64,000 nucleotides of DNA, taken from the NCBI GenBank assembly GCA_018644725.1, contig JABGPZ010000069.1:148238-212237 (forward strand). The letters are read 5' to 3'. This document shows positions 13,019 through 21,932 of this stretch, piece after piece; the stretch's first letter is position 1; every line of letters begins with the position of its first letter. Source of the DNA: Phycisphaerales bacterium (GTDB lineage Bacteria > Planctomycetota > Phycisphaerae > SM23-33). Made by a program: the position numbers and the translations under genes. The notes under the pieces were generated by a model. It searched no databases. It saw only the letters and a list, made by a program, of their open reading frames with translations, and was not told where the DNA came from.

Positions 13019-13082
13019 GTGCAGGTTTCTTCCCTGCACAGTTTCAACATTGTTCGATGCAGGCTGGAGGCCCGCACCACAA
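13014..13082. repeat. Inverted pair of GTGG-type REP-like palindromes
   Basis: ttgtggtgcagg...cctgca (13014-13038) and inverted tgcaggctggaggcccgcaccacaa (13058-13082). Confidence 0.6.
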
Positions 13083-13085
13083 TGG

Positions 13086-14078
13086 CTACTTGTCGAATTG
13101 GCCGTCGAACGCGATGTCCGAAGGGGTGAAGTCCACGGCGCGGACAAAGTCGCACGCTTCGATGGCGCCTTCGACGCGGTCCATGCCGGCGTCTTCCCAT
13201 TCCACGCTCAGCGGGCCTTTGTACTTGATCGTGTTCAGCGCGCGGATGATGCCTTCGAAGTCGACTTCGCCGTGGCCGAGGCTGCGGAACATCCAGCCGC
13301 AACGCGGGTCGCCGAGGTCGAGGTGGCTACCGAGCACGCCCGACTCGCCGTCGAGCTGCATCGCCGCGTCCTTCATGTGGACGTGGAAAATCTTCTTGGG
13401 GAACGCCTGGATGAACTTCACCGGGTCCACGCCCTGCCAGAACAGGTGCGAGGGGTCGAAGTTGAACCCGAACGCGGAGTGGTTCTTGATCGCAGCCAGC
13501 GCGTGGCGCGTGGAGTGGATGTCGAACGCGATTTCGGTCGGGTGGACTTCCAGCGCGAACTTGATCTTGTTGGTCTTGAAGACGTCGAGGATCGGCGTCC
13601 ACATTTTTGCGAAGTAGTCAAAGCCGCCCTGGATCTCGGCCTGGGATGCCGGCGGGAAGTTGTAGACCATGTGCCAGATCGAGCTGCCGGTGAAGCCGTT
13701 GACGACCTTGACACCGAAGTTCTTCGCGGCGCGTGCGGCGTTCTTCATCGTCTTGACCGCCCACTTGCGCTTGGCTTCGGCATCGCCCGCGACCGAGGCC
13801 GGCGCGAACTGGTCGCTGCGTGCGTCGGTGTTGGGGTCGCAGACCAGCTGGCCCTGGAGGTGGGTGCTGATCGACCAGCAGCCCAAGCCATATTTGGCCA
13901 GCAGAGCGCGGTGGTCGGCGCAATATTTCTTGGACTTCGCGGCTTTGTCGACGTCGAAGTGGTCGCCCCACGTCGCCAGCTCCAGGCCGTCATAGCCCAT
14001 GTCCGCGGCCATCTCGCACATCGTTTCGATGGGCAGGTCTGCCCATTGTCCGGTAAAGAGTGTCACTTTGCGTGCCAT
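13086..14078 (-). CDS. Sugar phosphate isomerase/epimerase (xylose-isomerase-like TIM barrel)
   Basis: [32 protein letters not shown] metal ligands; RBS AAGGAG. Confidence 0.9.
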   Translation of the reverse strand: MARKVTLFTGQWADLPIETMCEMAADMGYDGLELATWGDHFDVDKAAKSKKYCADHRALLAKYGLGCWSISTHLQGQLVCDPNTDARSDQFAPASVAGDAEAKRKWAVKTMKNAARAAKNFGVKVVNGFTGSSIWHMVYNFPPASQAEIQGGFDYFAKMWTPILDVFKTNKIKFALEVHPTEIAFDIHSTRHALAAIKNHSAFGFNFDPSHLFWQGVDPVKFIQAFPKKIFHVHMKDAAMQLDGESGVLGSHLDLGDPRCGWMFRSLGHGEVDFEGIIRALNTIKYKGPLSVEWEDAGMDRVEGAIEACDFVRAVDFTPSDIAFDGQFDK

Positions 14079-14148
14079 AATTGAATCTCCTTGAAAGAGT
14101 GTGTGTTGTTGTCTAATGAGGTCGATCGTGTTCTGCGGAACAGGGACG

Positions 14149-15324
14149 TTATTTGATCTTGGTCCATTTGCCCTTGGATTTCACGACGGCTTCGATGAAC
14201 TTCATGCCCGAAACGCCATCGGTGACGGTGGGGAAGTCCAGCGAGAGCGGGTCAGCCTTTTTGCCCGCGACGCGTGCGCGGATCGCTTCGCCTGCGCGCA
14301 TATAGAGGTTGGCGAACGCTTCGATGTAGGCTTCGGGGTGGCCGCCGGGCAGGCGCGAGTTTTTCGCAGCAGCCGGGGATGCCGCTTCGACATAGCCATT
14401 GCCGCGTTCCCAGATTTCCTTCGGCGCGTCGATGGGCTTGACGAGGAGTTGGTTGGGGTGCTCTTGGTGCCATTCCAGCGAACCGTTTTCGCCATAGACC
14501 CAAATCGCGAGGTCGTTGTCGTGGCCGACCTGAACCTGCGACGCGGTGAGCACGCCCTTGGCACCCTTGTTGAAGTGGAGCAGGACATTGCCGTCGTCGT
14601 CGAGCTTGCGCCCTTTGACAAACGGGGTGAGGTCCGCGCAGAGTTCCTTGATCGACAGGCCGGACACATATTCCGCGAGGTTCGCCGCGTGCGTTCCGAT
14701 GTCACCCATGCAGCCGGCCGCGCCAGCCTGCTTGGGGTCGGTGCGCCAGGCGGCTTGTTGTTGGCCGCTCTTTTCCAGCGCGCGCATCAGCCAGCCCTGG
14801 TGGTACTGTACGATCACCTTGTGAACTTTGCCGAGCTTGCCGTCGGCGACGAGGTCTTTCGCGAGCTTGACCATCGGGAAGCCCGTGTAGGTGTGGGTCA
14901 GCATGAAAATCTTGCGCGTCTTCTTGACGATTTCCTTCAGCTTGACGGCCTCTTTGACGTCCATGGTCATCGGCTTTTCGCAGACGACGTGGAAGCCCGC
15001 TTCGAGGAACGCCTTGGCGATGGGGAAGTGCGAGCTGTTGGGCGTGGTGATCGAAACAAAGTCGATGCGCTCGCCGACGGGCAGCGCCAATTCGCCCGCG
15101 ATCATGTCTTGATAGGTGTTGTAGGCGCGCTTCTTGGGCAGATAGAGCATCCGTCCCATTTTGCGGGATTGCTTGGGGTCGATGTCGAACGCGCCAGCGA
15201 CGAGTTCGATCTCGCCGTCCAAGCGGATCGCTTTGCGGTGGACTTCGCCGATGAAGGCAGTCGGACCGCCGCCGACCATACCCATACGAAGTTTGCGGCT
15301 GAGGATTTCATTTTTCTTGGCCAT
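14149..15324 (-). CDS. Gfo/Idh/MocA family oxidoreductase
   Basis: MGMVGGG Rossmann motif, TPNSSH, VCEKP, GDIGTH; start moved to MAKKNE with AAGGAG RBS. Confidence 0.92.
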   Translation of the reverse strand: MAKKNEILSRKLRMGMVGGGPTAFIGEVHRKAIRLDGEIELVAGAFDIDPKQSRKMGRMLYLPKKRAYNTYQDMIAGELALPVGERIDFVSITTPNSSHFPIAKAFLEAGFHVVCEKPMTMDVKEAVKLKEIVKKTRKIFMLTHTYTGFPMVKLAKDLVADGKLGKVHKVIVQYHQGWLMRALEKSGQQQAAWRTDPKQAGAAGCMGDIGTHAANLAEYVSGLSIKELCADLTPFVKGRKLDDDGNVLLHFNKGAKGVLTASQVQVGHDNDLAIWVYGENGSLEWHQEHPNQLLVKPIDAPKEIWERGNGYVEAASPAAAKNSRLPGGHPEAYIEAFANLYMRAGEAIRARVAGKKADPLSLDFPTVTDGVSGMKFIEAVVKSKGKWTKIK

Positions 15325-15509
15325 GATCGTCTCCTTGTGGATGTGCGAAAAACCTCCCAGCCGCCATTGGCCAGCGAGGCAATCTACTATACATACACGA
15401 TTTGGTAATACCATTCAATATCAAAGGGTTGAAAGAAATTGTACAAACGTAATTTTTTCGGTCACAGAGGGCGGTTGCATTTTCTGCGATGATGGGTAGA
15501 ATTGAAGGC

Positions 15510-16967
15510 ATGACGGATCGAATGACATTGAGGCGACGGATCGCGGCAGTGCTTCTTTATGTAGTATGCTCGGCGAATGTGTGTGTGGCGCAGACGGCGG
15601 CGGGCAAACCTGCGTCGAAACCGACCCCGTCAATTCAGACAAAGCTCGCGGCGATTGTCGGGCAGTTCGAGTCGAGCAAGACCGGCGGCCCGGCCGGGGT
15701 GAGCGTGCGGGAGATTTCCACCGGCAAGAGCCTGTACGCCTATCGAGCGACGGAAGCGTTTATTCCCGCGAGTAACCAGAAGCTGCTCGGTGCGATTTTC
15801 TGGCTGGAGAAAAAAAGTCACGAGGGCACGTTCCAGACCGAGGTCTATCGGCGCGGCGACGAGTTGCTGATCGTTGGCGATTTTGATCCGCTTCTGGGAG
15901 ATCCCTACGCGGCCAAGCGCGAGAAGAAAAGTGTCTACGCGGAGGTTGACGCGTGGGGCGCGGCCGCAAAAGAGGCGGGCATGACGAAAATTTCCCGCGT
16001 GTTGGTGATGAATCGCCTTGGCGGGGTCTATCCGCCGACGTGGCTGGATCGCTACAAGCCCCACGACTATGGCGCGCCCGTCGCGAGCGCGAGTTTTTAC
16101 TACAACTGCTATGGCGTGACGTTTGTCAAGACGGCTAGCGGCAAGCTGGTTCCCGATGTGACGCCGACGAGCGGGCGGTTTATCCGCGTGGTCGATCAGG
16201 TCAAAACCGGGTCGCGGCATGTGTTTTCCATTCGCGGTGAAAATGACGAAAGCGTGCTGACGGTGCGCGGGACGGCGAAGGTCGCCGGCGGGGATGTGCT
16301 GCTCTCGCCATGCAAGAATCCGCGGATCCGCCTCGCGCGGGTGGTTGCGGGTCGGCTGGACAAGGCCGGACTGAAGGTCGCCGCGGTGGGAGAGGTGGCC
16401 GAAGCCGACGCGGAAAAAACGGAGTGGACCAAGCTCGCCACGACAACGCGCAGCGGCGCGACCGTCCTCAAGGAGAGCCTGCAACACAGCTTCAATCTCG
16501 CGGCCGAGTGCGTCGTTCTCAATGCCGGCGGGGGAACGTTCGCCGCCAGCGCCAAGGCGATGACCACCACGCTGACCACGACGTTCAAACTCAAGCCCGG
16601 CGCGCTCACCGTCGCCGACGGCAGCGGGCTTAGCCGAGAAAACGCGGTCACGCCCGAGGCGATGACGACCGTGCTTTCCGGCGCAACGACGCGCTGCTAT
16701 TGGGAACTCCTGTGCGGCGCGATGGCGAAATCGGGCGAAAGTGGAACGCTGAAAAAGCGCATGACCGACATCGCTGGCCGGATCGTCGCCAAGACCGGCT
16801 ACATCAACGGAGTGAGTTGCCTCAGTGGCTATCTCCTCGACAAGCCCGGCGGTAAACCGATCTATTCGTTCAGCATCCTCACGCGGGACATCCGCTCGGG
16901 CGCGGATGCGAAAAAATTCCAAGACAGCCTCTGCCGTCAGCTCCTCACCCACCTCGACGCAAAGTAA
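15510..16967 (+). CDS. dacB: D-alanyl-D-alanine carboxypeptidase/endopeptidase (PBP4, S13)
   Basis: PASNQK (SxxK), SFN (SxN), DGSGLSR, AKTGY; signal peptide. Confidence 0.9.
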   Translation: MTDRMTLRRRIAAVLLYVVCSANVCVAQTAAGKPASKPTPSIQTKLAAIVGQFESSKTGGPAGVSVREISTGKSLYAYRATEAFIPASNQKLLGAIFWLEKKSHEGTFQTEVYRRGDELLIVGDFDPLLGDPYAAKREKKSVYAEVDAWGAAAKEAGMTKISRVLVMNRLGGVYPPTWLDRYKPHDYGAPVASASFYYNCYGVTFVKTASGKLVPDVTPTSGRFIRVVDQVKTGSRHVFSIRGENDESVLTVRGTAKVAGGDVLLSPCKNPRIRLARVVAGRLDKAGLKVAAVGEVAEADAEKTEWTKLATTTRSGATVLKESLQHSFNLAAECVVLNAGGGTFAASAKAMTTTLTTTFKLKPGALTVADGSGLSRENAVTPEAMTTVLSGATTRCYWELLCGAMAKSGESGTLKKRMTDIAGRIVAKTGYINGVSCLSGYLLDKPGGKPIYSFSILTRDIRSGADAKKFQDSLCRQLLTHLDAK

Positions 16968-16977
16968 ACAATCGAAG

Positions 16978-17289
16978 TTAGAATTCGGAGCCGTCGAAGT
17001 CGAGCAGGAAAAGTTCCCATCCGGTCGCGGTGTGTTGGAGGCCGGTTTGGGGGTGTTCAAATTGCATGCCGGCGGTGGCGTTGACGATTTCGATCACCGC
17101 GCCGTCGAGTTCGGCCGTCCATTGTTTTTTCAGTTCGGCGACGATGGCGGTTTTCAGTTCGGCCGGGTCCACCTGGTAGCGCTCGCCGACGAGGATTGTG
17201 ATGCGGTAGATGCGTTCATACTTCGACCACTGTCCGATGGAACGGAGGTGCAGAGCGAACTGGCTGGCAAGGTCGTTGGGGTCGATCAT
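16978..17289 (-). CDS. HypA/HybF-like small protein lacking metal-binding motifs
   Basis: RIYRITILVGERYQVDPAEL, LDGAVIEI and TGWELFLLDFD resemble the HypA core; no Cys and no MHE start. Confidence 0.55.
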   Translation of the reverse strand: MIDPNDLASQFALHLRSIGQWSKYERIYRITILVGERYQVDPAELKTAIVAELKKQWTAELDGAVIEIVNATAGMQFEHPQTGLQHTATGWELFLLDFDGSEF

Positions 17290-17390
17290 GGGTCTGATGA
17301 ATTGTAGGGCGTGTTTGTGTTGGGAGATATTGTATTGTTTTGTGTTTTTTGCCCAAAGAGCGATTTATGTCCTGTTGGACGATTGTAGTT

Positions 17391-18019
17391 AGGCCCGAAG
17401 GGCCGTCAGTTGATAGCCGGGGGCGTAAGCCCCCGGTAGAGTTGCTAAATGAGTTGAGCCCCGAAGGGGCGGCAGAGAACCGGTCAAAGGTATCGTTCGT
17501 CGTATTCAATTTCATGTCGGTCCAACAAGCTTCGCAATTCGTCCTGAAATGACATTCGTTTGTGATGGTCTGGTTGTGTCTGAATATAGGAAACAACATT
17601 GGGAACAACCGATTGGGAAACCGAAAAAATGGAATATCCATCTTGCCATGCGAAATCTGAGTTATCTGGAAAGGTCTCATGAATCCACCGCGAGGAATTT
17701 GCTTTGATGTCACGGATGACTTCTGCTGGTGTACAAGTTGGTTGAAGGGCAAGGAGTAGGTGTAGATGATCGGCTGTCCCATTTGCAGCAAGAAGTACAC
17801 CGCCAGCCTTTCGAATGATGCCGCCTGAATAATCGGCAAGACGTTGGATTGTTTCTTTGTCAAGAAAGGGCTTTCGCCCCTTTGTGGCATAGACAACATG
17901 AAAATTGATGTCAGAAAAACTCATTGCTTGCTTTCTGCCGCCCCTTCGGGGCTCGAGCTTGGGGGCACCTTTTCCGGGGGCTTACGCCCCCGGCTATCGA
18001 CTGCCGCGCCTTCGGCGCT
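17391..18019. mobile_element. Y1/HUH transposase element bounded by ~86-bp triple-hairpin inverted arms (REPtron-like)
   Basis: Left arm 17391-17476 and right arm 17934-18019 are inverted repeats that tightly enclose tnpA. Confidence 0.85.
17484..17924 (-). CDS. tnpA: IS200/IS605-family (Y1 HUH) transposase
   Basis: HVVYATKGR, DHLHLL (HUH), WQDGYSIFSVS, catalytic Tyr in SYIQTQPDHH; no tnpB; lower GC than flanks. Confidence 0.93.
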   Translation of the reverse strand: MSFSDINFHVVYATKGRKPFLDKETIQRLADYSGGIIRKAGGVLLAANGTADHLHLLLALQPTCTPAEVIRDIKANSSRWIHETFPDNSDFAWQDGYSIFSVSQSVVPNVVSYIQTQPDHHKRMSFQDELRSLLDRHEIEYDERYL

Positions 18020-18150
18020 GGGCGGCTTGCCATATTGCATGATGGGAGACTATTCTGTCGTGTGTCCCACGTCCTGGCCGCGCCTTCGGCGTTAAAGGCG
18101 AGATTGCTTGCGGTATTGTTTGCACACACTTCTCGGACGGGGGGATGCCG

Positions 18151-18741
18151 TTAGATCACGCCTTTGGTGGACGGGATTTGGGTTCCGCGTCGCGGGTCGA
18201 TTTCCATTGCGCTGCGTAGCGCGCGGGCGAGTGCCTTGAAAATGCCCTCGGCAATGTGGTGGTCGTTGCGGCCGTGGGGGACGCTGACGTGGAGGTTCAT
18301 CTTTGCGACATTCGCGAAACGGACGATGAATTCCTCGATGAGTTGCGAGTCCATCGTGCCGATTTTTCCCGTGGCAAATTCGACGTCCCACACCACGTGC
18401 GCGCGGCCGGACAGGTCGAGCGTGACGTCGGCGAGGGTTTCGTCCATCGGCACACGAGCGTGGCCATAGCGGTTGATGCCGGCCTTGTCGCCGAGCGCTT
18501 TTTCCAACGCCTCCCCGAGGCAGATCGCGATGTCTTCGACGGTGTGGTGGTCGTCGATGTGCAGGTCGCCCTCGGCGCGCACGGACAAATTGATCAACCC
18601 GTGGCGTGCGAGATGGTCGAGCATGTGGTCGAGAAACCCTACGCCGGTGTGGATGTCGGCGGCGCCAGTGCCGTCGAGATTCAGCGAAAGGGTGATGTCG
18701 GTTTCGTTGGTTTTGCGTGTGATGTCAGCGGTGCGTGGCAT
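18151..18741 (-). CDS. hisB: Imidazoleglycerol-phosphate dehydratase
   Basis: DDHHTVED and NDHHIAE motifs, PSTKG terminus. Confidence 0.97.
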   Translation of the reverse strand: MPRTADITRKTNETDITLSLNLDGTGAADIHTGVGFLDHMLDHLARHGLINLSVRAEGDLHIDDHHTVEDIAICLGEALEKALGDKAGINRYGHARVPMDETLADVTLDLSGRAHVVWDVEFATGKIGTMDSQLIEEFIVRFANVAKMNLHVSVPHGRNDHHIAEGIFKALARALRSAMEIDPRRGTQIPSTKGVI

Positions 18742-18764
18742 GGGTGGCTTTCTAGTCTATGTAG

Positions 18765-19784
18765 TTACAGGGCCGCCAAGACGGCCGCGGTTTGTTCGTC
18801 GGTCCCCACGGCGATGCGAAGATAGTCCGCAAGCCGGGGCTGTTTAAAGTATCGGACATATATGCCGCGTTCCTTGAGCCGTTCGTAGACCGCTTCGGCA
18901 TTTCTCTCTGGCGGCGCGGCGAGAAGGAAATTCGCGCCCGAGGGCACGACGTCCCATCCGCGGGTGGTCAGCTCGGCGGCGAGGGCCTCACGTGTGGCGA
19001 GAATTTTCGCGGCGTTGGCGTTTTTGTGGTCCTGATCGACGAAGGCTCTCGCGCCCGCCAGCAGCGTTGTGGTCGAGACGTTGTAGATTTCCATCGCCTT
19101 GAACAGCGCTTCAAGAATCGGCTCTTGCGCGATGGCAAAGCCCATGCGCAGGCTCGCGAGCGAATAGCCCTTCGAGAGTGTGCGCGTGACGATGACGTTG
19201 TCGCAGGTGTCCACGAGGGGCAGGGCCGTGACGCCGCAGAAATCGTAATACGCTTCGTCGACCACCAGCAGCCCGTCGAGTTTGCGGGCGAGCGCTTCGA
19301 TGGCTTCGAGCGGTTCGAGCACGCCCGTGGGATTGTTGGGATTGGCGAGGAAGGTCACCGCCGCGTTGGCCTCGGCGAGGGCGTCGAAGTCGACACGGAA
19401 ATTCTCGTCGGTGGGCACTTCGATGATCTCGGCCCCTTCGACTTGCGAAAGCGTTTCGTAGTAGGGGAACGTTGGCGTGGGGATCGCGATGGGTCCGCCG
19501 GCGGCGTGGATGACGGCCGCGAGAACGTTGTCACTGCCATTGCCCGCGAGGACGCGCGATTGGGGCACGCCGAGGGTCTCGGCCACGGCGGCAGTAAACA
19601 CCGCGCCCGTGGGGTCGGGGTAAACGCGCAGCTCGTCGTCGGAGATGTGCGCGAGCGCTTCCCACGCCTTGGGCGACGGCGGGTAGGGGTTCTCGTTGGC
19701 GTTGAGCTTGATCGCTTCGGGCCCGGGCTGGAAGCCGGGGACGTAGGGCGTCATGGCATCGATGTTGGATTTGAAGTAGGACAT
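18765..19784 (-). CDS. hisC: Histidinol-phosphate aminotransferase
   Basis: KLNANENPY, NPNNPTG, VDEAY, TLSKGYSLASLRMG; adjacent to hisB. Confidence 0.95.
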   Translation of the reverse strand: MSYFKSNIDAMTPYVPGFQPGPEAIKLNANENPYPPSPKAWEALAHISDDELRVYPDPTGAVFTAAVAETLGVPQSRVLAGNGSDNVLAAVIHAAGGPIAIPTPTFPYYETLSQVEGAEIIEVPTDENFRVDFDALAEANAAVTFLANPNNPTGVLEPLEAIEALARKLDGLLVVDEAYYDFCGVTALPLVDTCDNVIVTRTLSKGYSLASLRMGFAIAQEPILEALFKAMEIYNVSTTTLLAGARAFVDQDHKNANAAKILATREALAAELTTRGWDVVPSGANFLLAAPPERNAEAVYERLKERGIYVRYFKQPRLADYLRIAVGTDEQTAAVLAAL

Positions 19785-19832
19785 ACTGGTTCCGTGGTTG
19801 GGGATATGGATCGTGGGTTGGTTTCGCGGCGA

Positions 19833-20393
19833 CTATTCGAGGTTCGCGTGGCGCGAGCGGAAGACGTTGTTGTCGACATGGAATCGCTCGGAGAGGATGT
19901 TGAACACCGCATCGAGACAGACGATGGCGGTATGTTCGAACACGGCCGCGCGAAGGACGATGTCGTTGACGTCGACGGGGATGGTCACGACGTGGTCGGC
20001 GAGTTTTGCCAGAGGCGAGTCGGCCTCGGTGGTGATCACGCAGACCTTCGCGCCGAATTCTTTGGCGCGCTGGGCGAGATAGTCGGTAAAGCCGGTCGAG
20101 CCGGTACAACTGATCGCCACGAGCAGGTCGCCCTCGGCCGCGGCGGGGGTGATCGTTTCGCCGGGGATGTGCGCGGTGATGCCCGCGTGCATCAATCGCA
20201 TGCCGAACATGCGCGCGACGAGCCCGCTGCGCCCCGCGCCAGAGACGAATGAACGCTTGGCATCGAGGACCATGTCAATCAGGTCGGTGAAGCTTGACCA
20301 GTCTGCCTGAGCCACAGCCGCATCGACCCGTTCGAGCAAATCGCTCGCCGCGTCATGCAGTTCATTGCCGAGTTGTGATCGTGGAGTCATCAT
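19833..20393 (-). CDS. SIS-domain protein, 6-phospho-3-hexuloisomerase-like
   Basis: GAGRSG, MRLMHAG, PGETITP, ISCTGST, FE, HANLE C-terminus as in HxlB/Phi. Confidence 0.85.
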   Translation of the reverse strand: MMTPRSQLGNELHDAASDLLERVDAAVAQADWSSFTDLIDMVLDAKRSFVSGAGRSGLVARMFGMRLMHAGITAHIPGETITPAAAEGDLLVAISCTGSTGFTDYLAQRAKEFGAKVCVITTEADSPLAKLADHVVTIPVDVNDIVLRAAVFEHTAIVCLDAVFNILSERFHVDNNVFRSRHANLE

Positions 20394-20542
20394 TCCGTAC
20401 ATTGTACCATGAACCGCGCTGGGTTCAAGGCGTGGAATGGAGAAAAAAAGAAGATCATTTCGAGGGGAAAATTTAGTTGAAATTATCGCGCTGGGAGGGA
20501 GAATGATAGTAGGACCACAAGGGATCATGAAGGAGTTGTACC

Positions 20543-21118
20543 ATGGCGGAATATGAAACACAGGTTGTCGCGGCGTTCGCGACTTCGAACACCGAGGCCG
20601 AGGAGCTTGTTGAGCTTCTCAGTGACCACGGGATTGAGGTTACGGCTGATCGGGATTACGACGGGCCAGGCAGTGAGAACGGCATTGCGATGCTGGTCGA
20701 CGAAGAGTACGAGGAGGAAGCCAAGTCTTTGATCGACGAGCATTCCGACCTTGATATCTATGCGGCCTCGATTGCGACCGACGACGAAGAACTCGACGTG
20801 ACCGACGACGACGAGAAAGATCCGATGCTCGGGACGGAGCTGGACTCCACGGGAAGTTTCCAGGACGACGAACCTGCCGTTGCTGCGGCGGGGGTGGGTG
20901 GCCTGGAGGAGTCTGTGCTTGAGGACGCTGTCGATATCGCGGATGTTGAGGTGGCCGAGGAGGAAGCGCCCGACTTCCTCAAGGCGCTCTTCAGCAACGG
21001 CGACGATGTGGACGAGTATGACGAAGAGGACGGCGATGGCTATGACGGTCCGAAAGATTTATTTGACGATTCCGCCTTCTTCGAGGAAGCGGACGGAATC
21101 GACGACGCGGAAGCATAG
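20543..21118 (+). CDS. Highly acidic hypothetical protein (DUF2007-like N-terminus)
   Basis: AAGGAG RBS; EAEELVELLSDHGIEV...MLVDEEYEEEAKSLI pattern; Asp/Glu-rich tail. Confidence 0.7.
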   Translation: MAEYETQVVAAFATSNTEAEELVELLSDHGIEVTADRDYDGPGSENGIAMLVDEEYEEEAKSLIDEHSDLDIYAASIATDDEELDVTDDDEKDPMLGTELDSTGSFQDDEPAVAAAGVGGLEESVLEDAVDIADVEVAEEEAPDFLKALFSNGDDVDEYDEEDGDGYDGPKDLFDDSAFFEEADGIDDAEA

Positions 21119-21138
21119 CCAATTGAATGACAAACCCC

Positions 21139-21166
21139 GGCCGGTTTTCCACCGGCCATTTTTTTT
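21139..21166 (+). terminator. Rho-independent terminator
   Basis: ggccgg...ccggcc stem followed by T8. Confidence 0.65.
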
Positions 21167-21199
21167 GCAGGGACGACCCCGCAATCATGGGACATTGAA

Positions 21200-21784
21200 A
21201 TGACCGACGAAACGAATAGTGAAATCAAATATGTGTCACGCGCAGGGAAAAAACTCGCGGGGGCGTTGGACGCGATGGGCGTCGACCCGGCGGGGTGGGT
21301 GTGTGCGGATTTTGGCTGCAATGTCGGCGGGTTCACCGATTGCCTGCTCCAGCGCGGCGCGGCGAAGGTCTATGCCGTGGATACTGGCTATGGCGCGCTG
21401 GCGTGGACGATGCGCCAGCATGAGCGCGTGGAGGTGATGGAGCGCACGAATGTGCTGCACTGTGACGTGCCCGAGGCGGTGGATTTGGTCGTGATCGACG
21501 TCGGCTGGACGCCGCAGGTGAAGGTGATTCCCGTCGCGGCGAAATGGGTGCGGCCGGGCGGGCGGATCGTCTCGCTGCTCAAGCCGACCTTCGAATATGA
21601 CAAGCAGCATCCCAACCAGCGGCGCGACAAGCGCGTGCCACTGACGGCGGAACAAACCCAGGCCGTGATCGACGGCGTGTATGCGGGACTCGAAAAAATC
21701 GGATTCACGCCAACGCAAATCGTCGAATCGGTCCTCCTCGGCAAAGGCGGCAACCACGAATATTTACTTGAGTTCGTACTGTAG
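21200..21784 (+). CDS. tlyA: TlyA-family rRNA (cytidine-2'-O) methyltransferase, lacking the S4 domain
   Basis: YVSRAGKKL, DFGCNVGGFTDCLLQRGA, VYAVDTG, ERTN, LLKPTFE, GKGGNHEY. Confidence 0.85.
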   Translation: MTDETNSEIKYVSRAGKKLAGALDAMGVDPAGWVCADFGCNVGGFTDCLLQRGAAKVYAVDTGYGALAWTMRQHERVEVMERTNVLHCDVPEAVDLVVIDVGWTPQVKVIPVAAKWVRPGGRIVSLLKPTFEYDKQHPNQRRDKRVPLTAEQTQAVIDGVYAGLEKIGFTPTQIVESVLLGKGGNHEYLLEFVL

Positions 21785-21909
21785 GAACGGTTTTTTTGTC
21801 CGCCTCACGCCTCCACGAATATTTATTGGAGTTTGTACTGTAGGAACGGTTTTTTTGTCCGCCTCACGCCTTCACGAATATTTGCTCGAGTTCGTACTGT
21901 AGGAACGGT
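21755..21909 (+). repeat. 59-bp-period tandem repeat triplicating the tlyA 3' end
   Basis: Units start at 21755, 21814 and 21873; each encodes HEYLLEFVL-stop. Confidence 0.92.
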
Positions 21910-21932
21910 ATTGCTGTTGGGTTGCGTTTTTG

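Noticed and set aside
12405..14084. 559-aa plus-strand ORF and similar long antisense ORFs (e.g. 33568-35277, 38581-40428, 59563-61410)
   Set aside because: Antisense shadows of GC3-rich genes with no motifs; this one also runs through REP repeats
17484..18150. IS605-type tnpB or omega-RNA partner for tnpA
   Set aside because: No room and no RuvC-type ORF; hisB and the HypA-like gene flank the element
21755..21909. Possible mini CRISPR array
   Set aside because: The intervening segments are near-identical rather than unique, the repeats vary and are the tlyA coding end, and no cas genes are present
21755..21909. Diversity-generating retroelement template/variable repeats
   Set aside because: Differences are mostly not at adenines, are all silent, and no reverse transcriptase is present in the window
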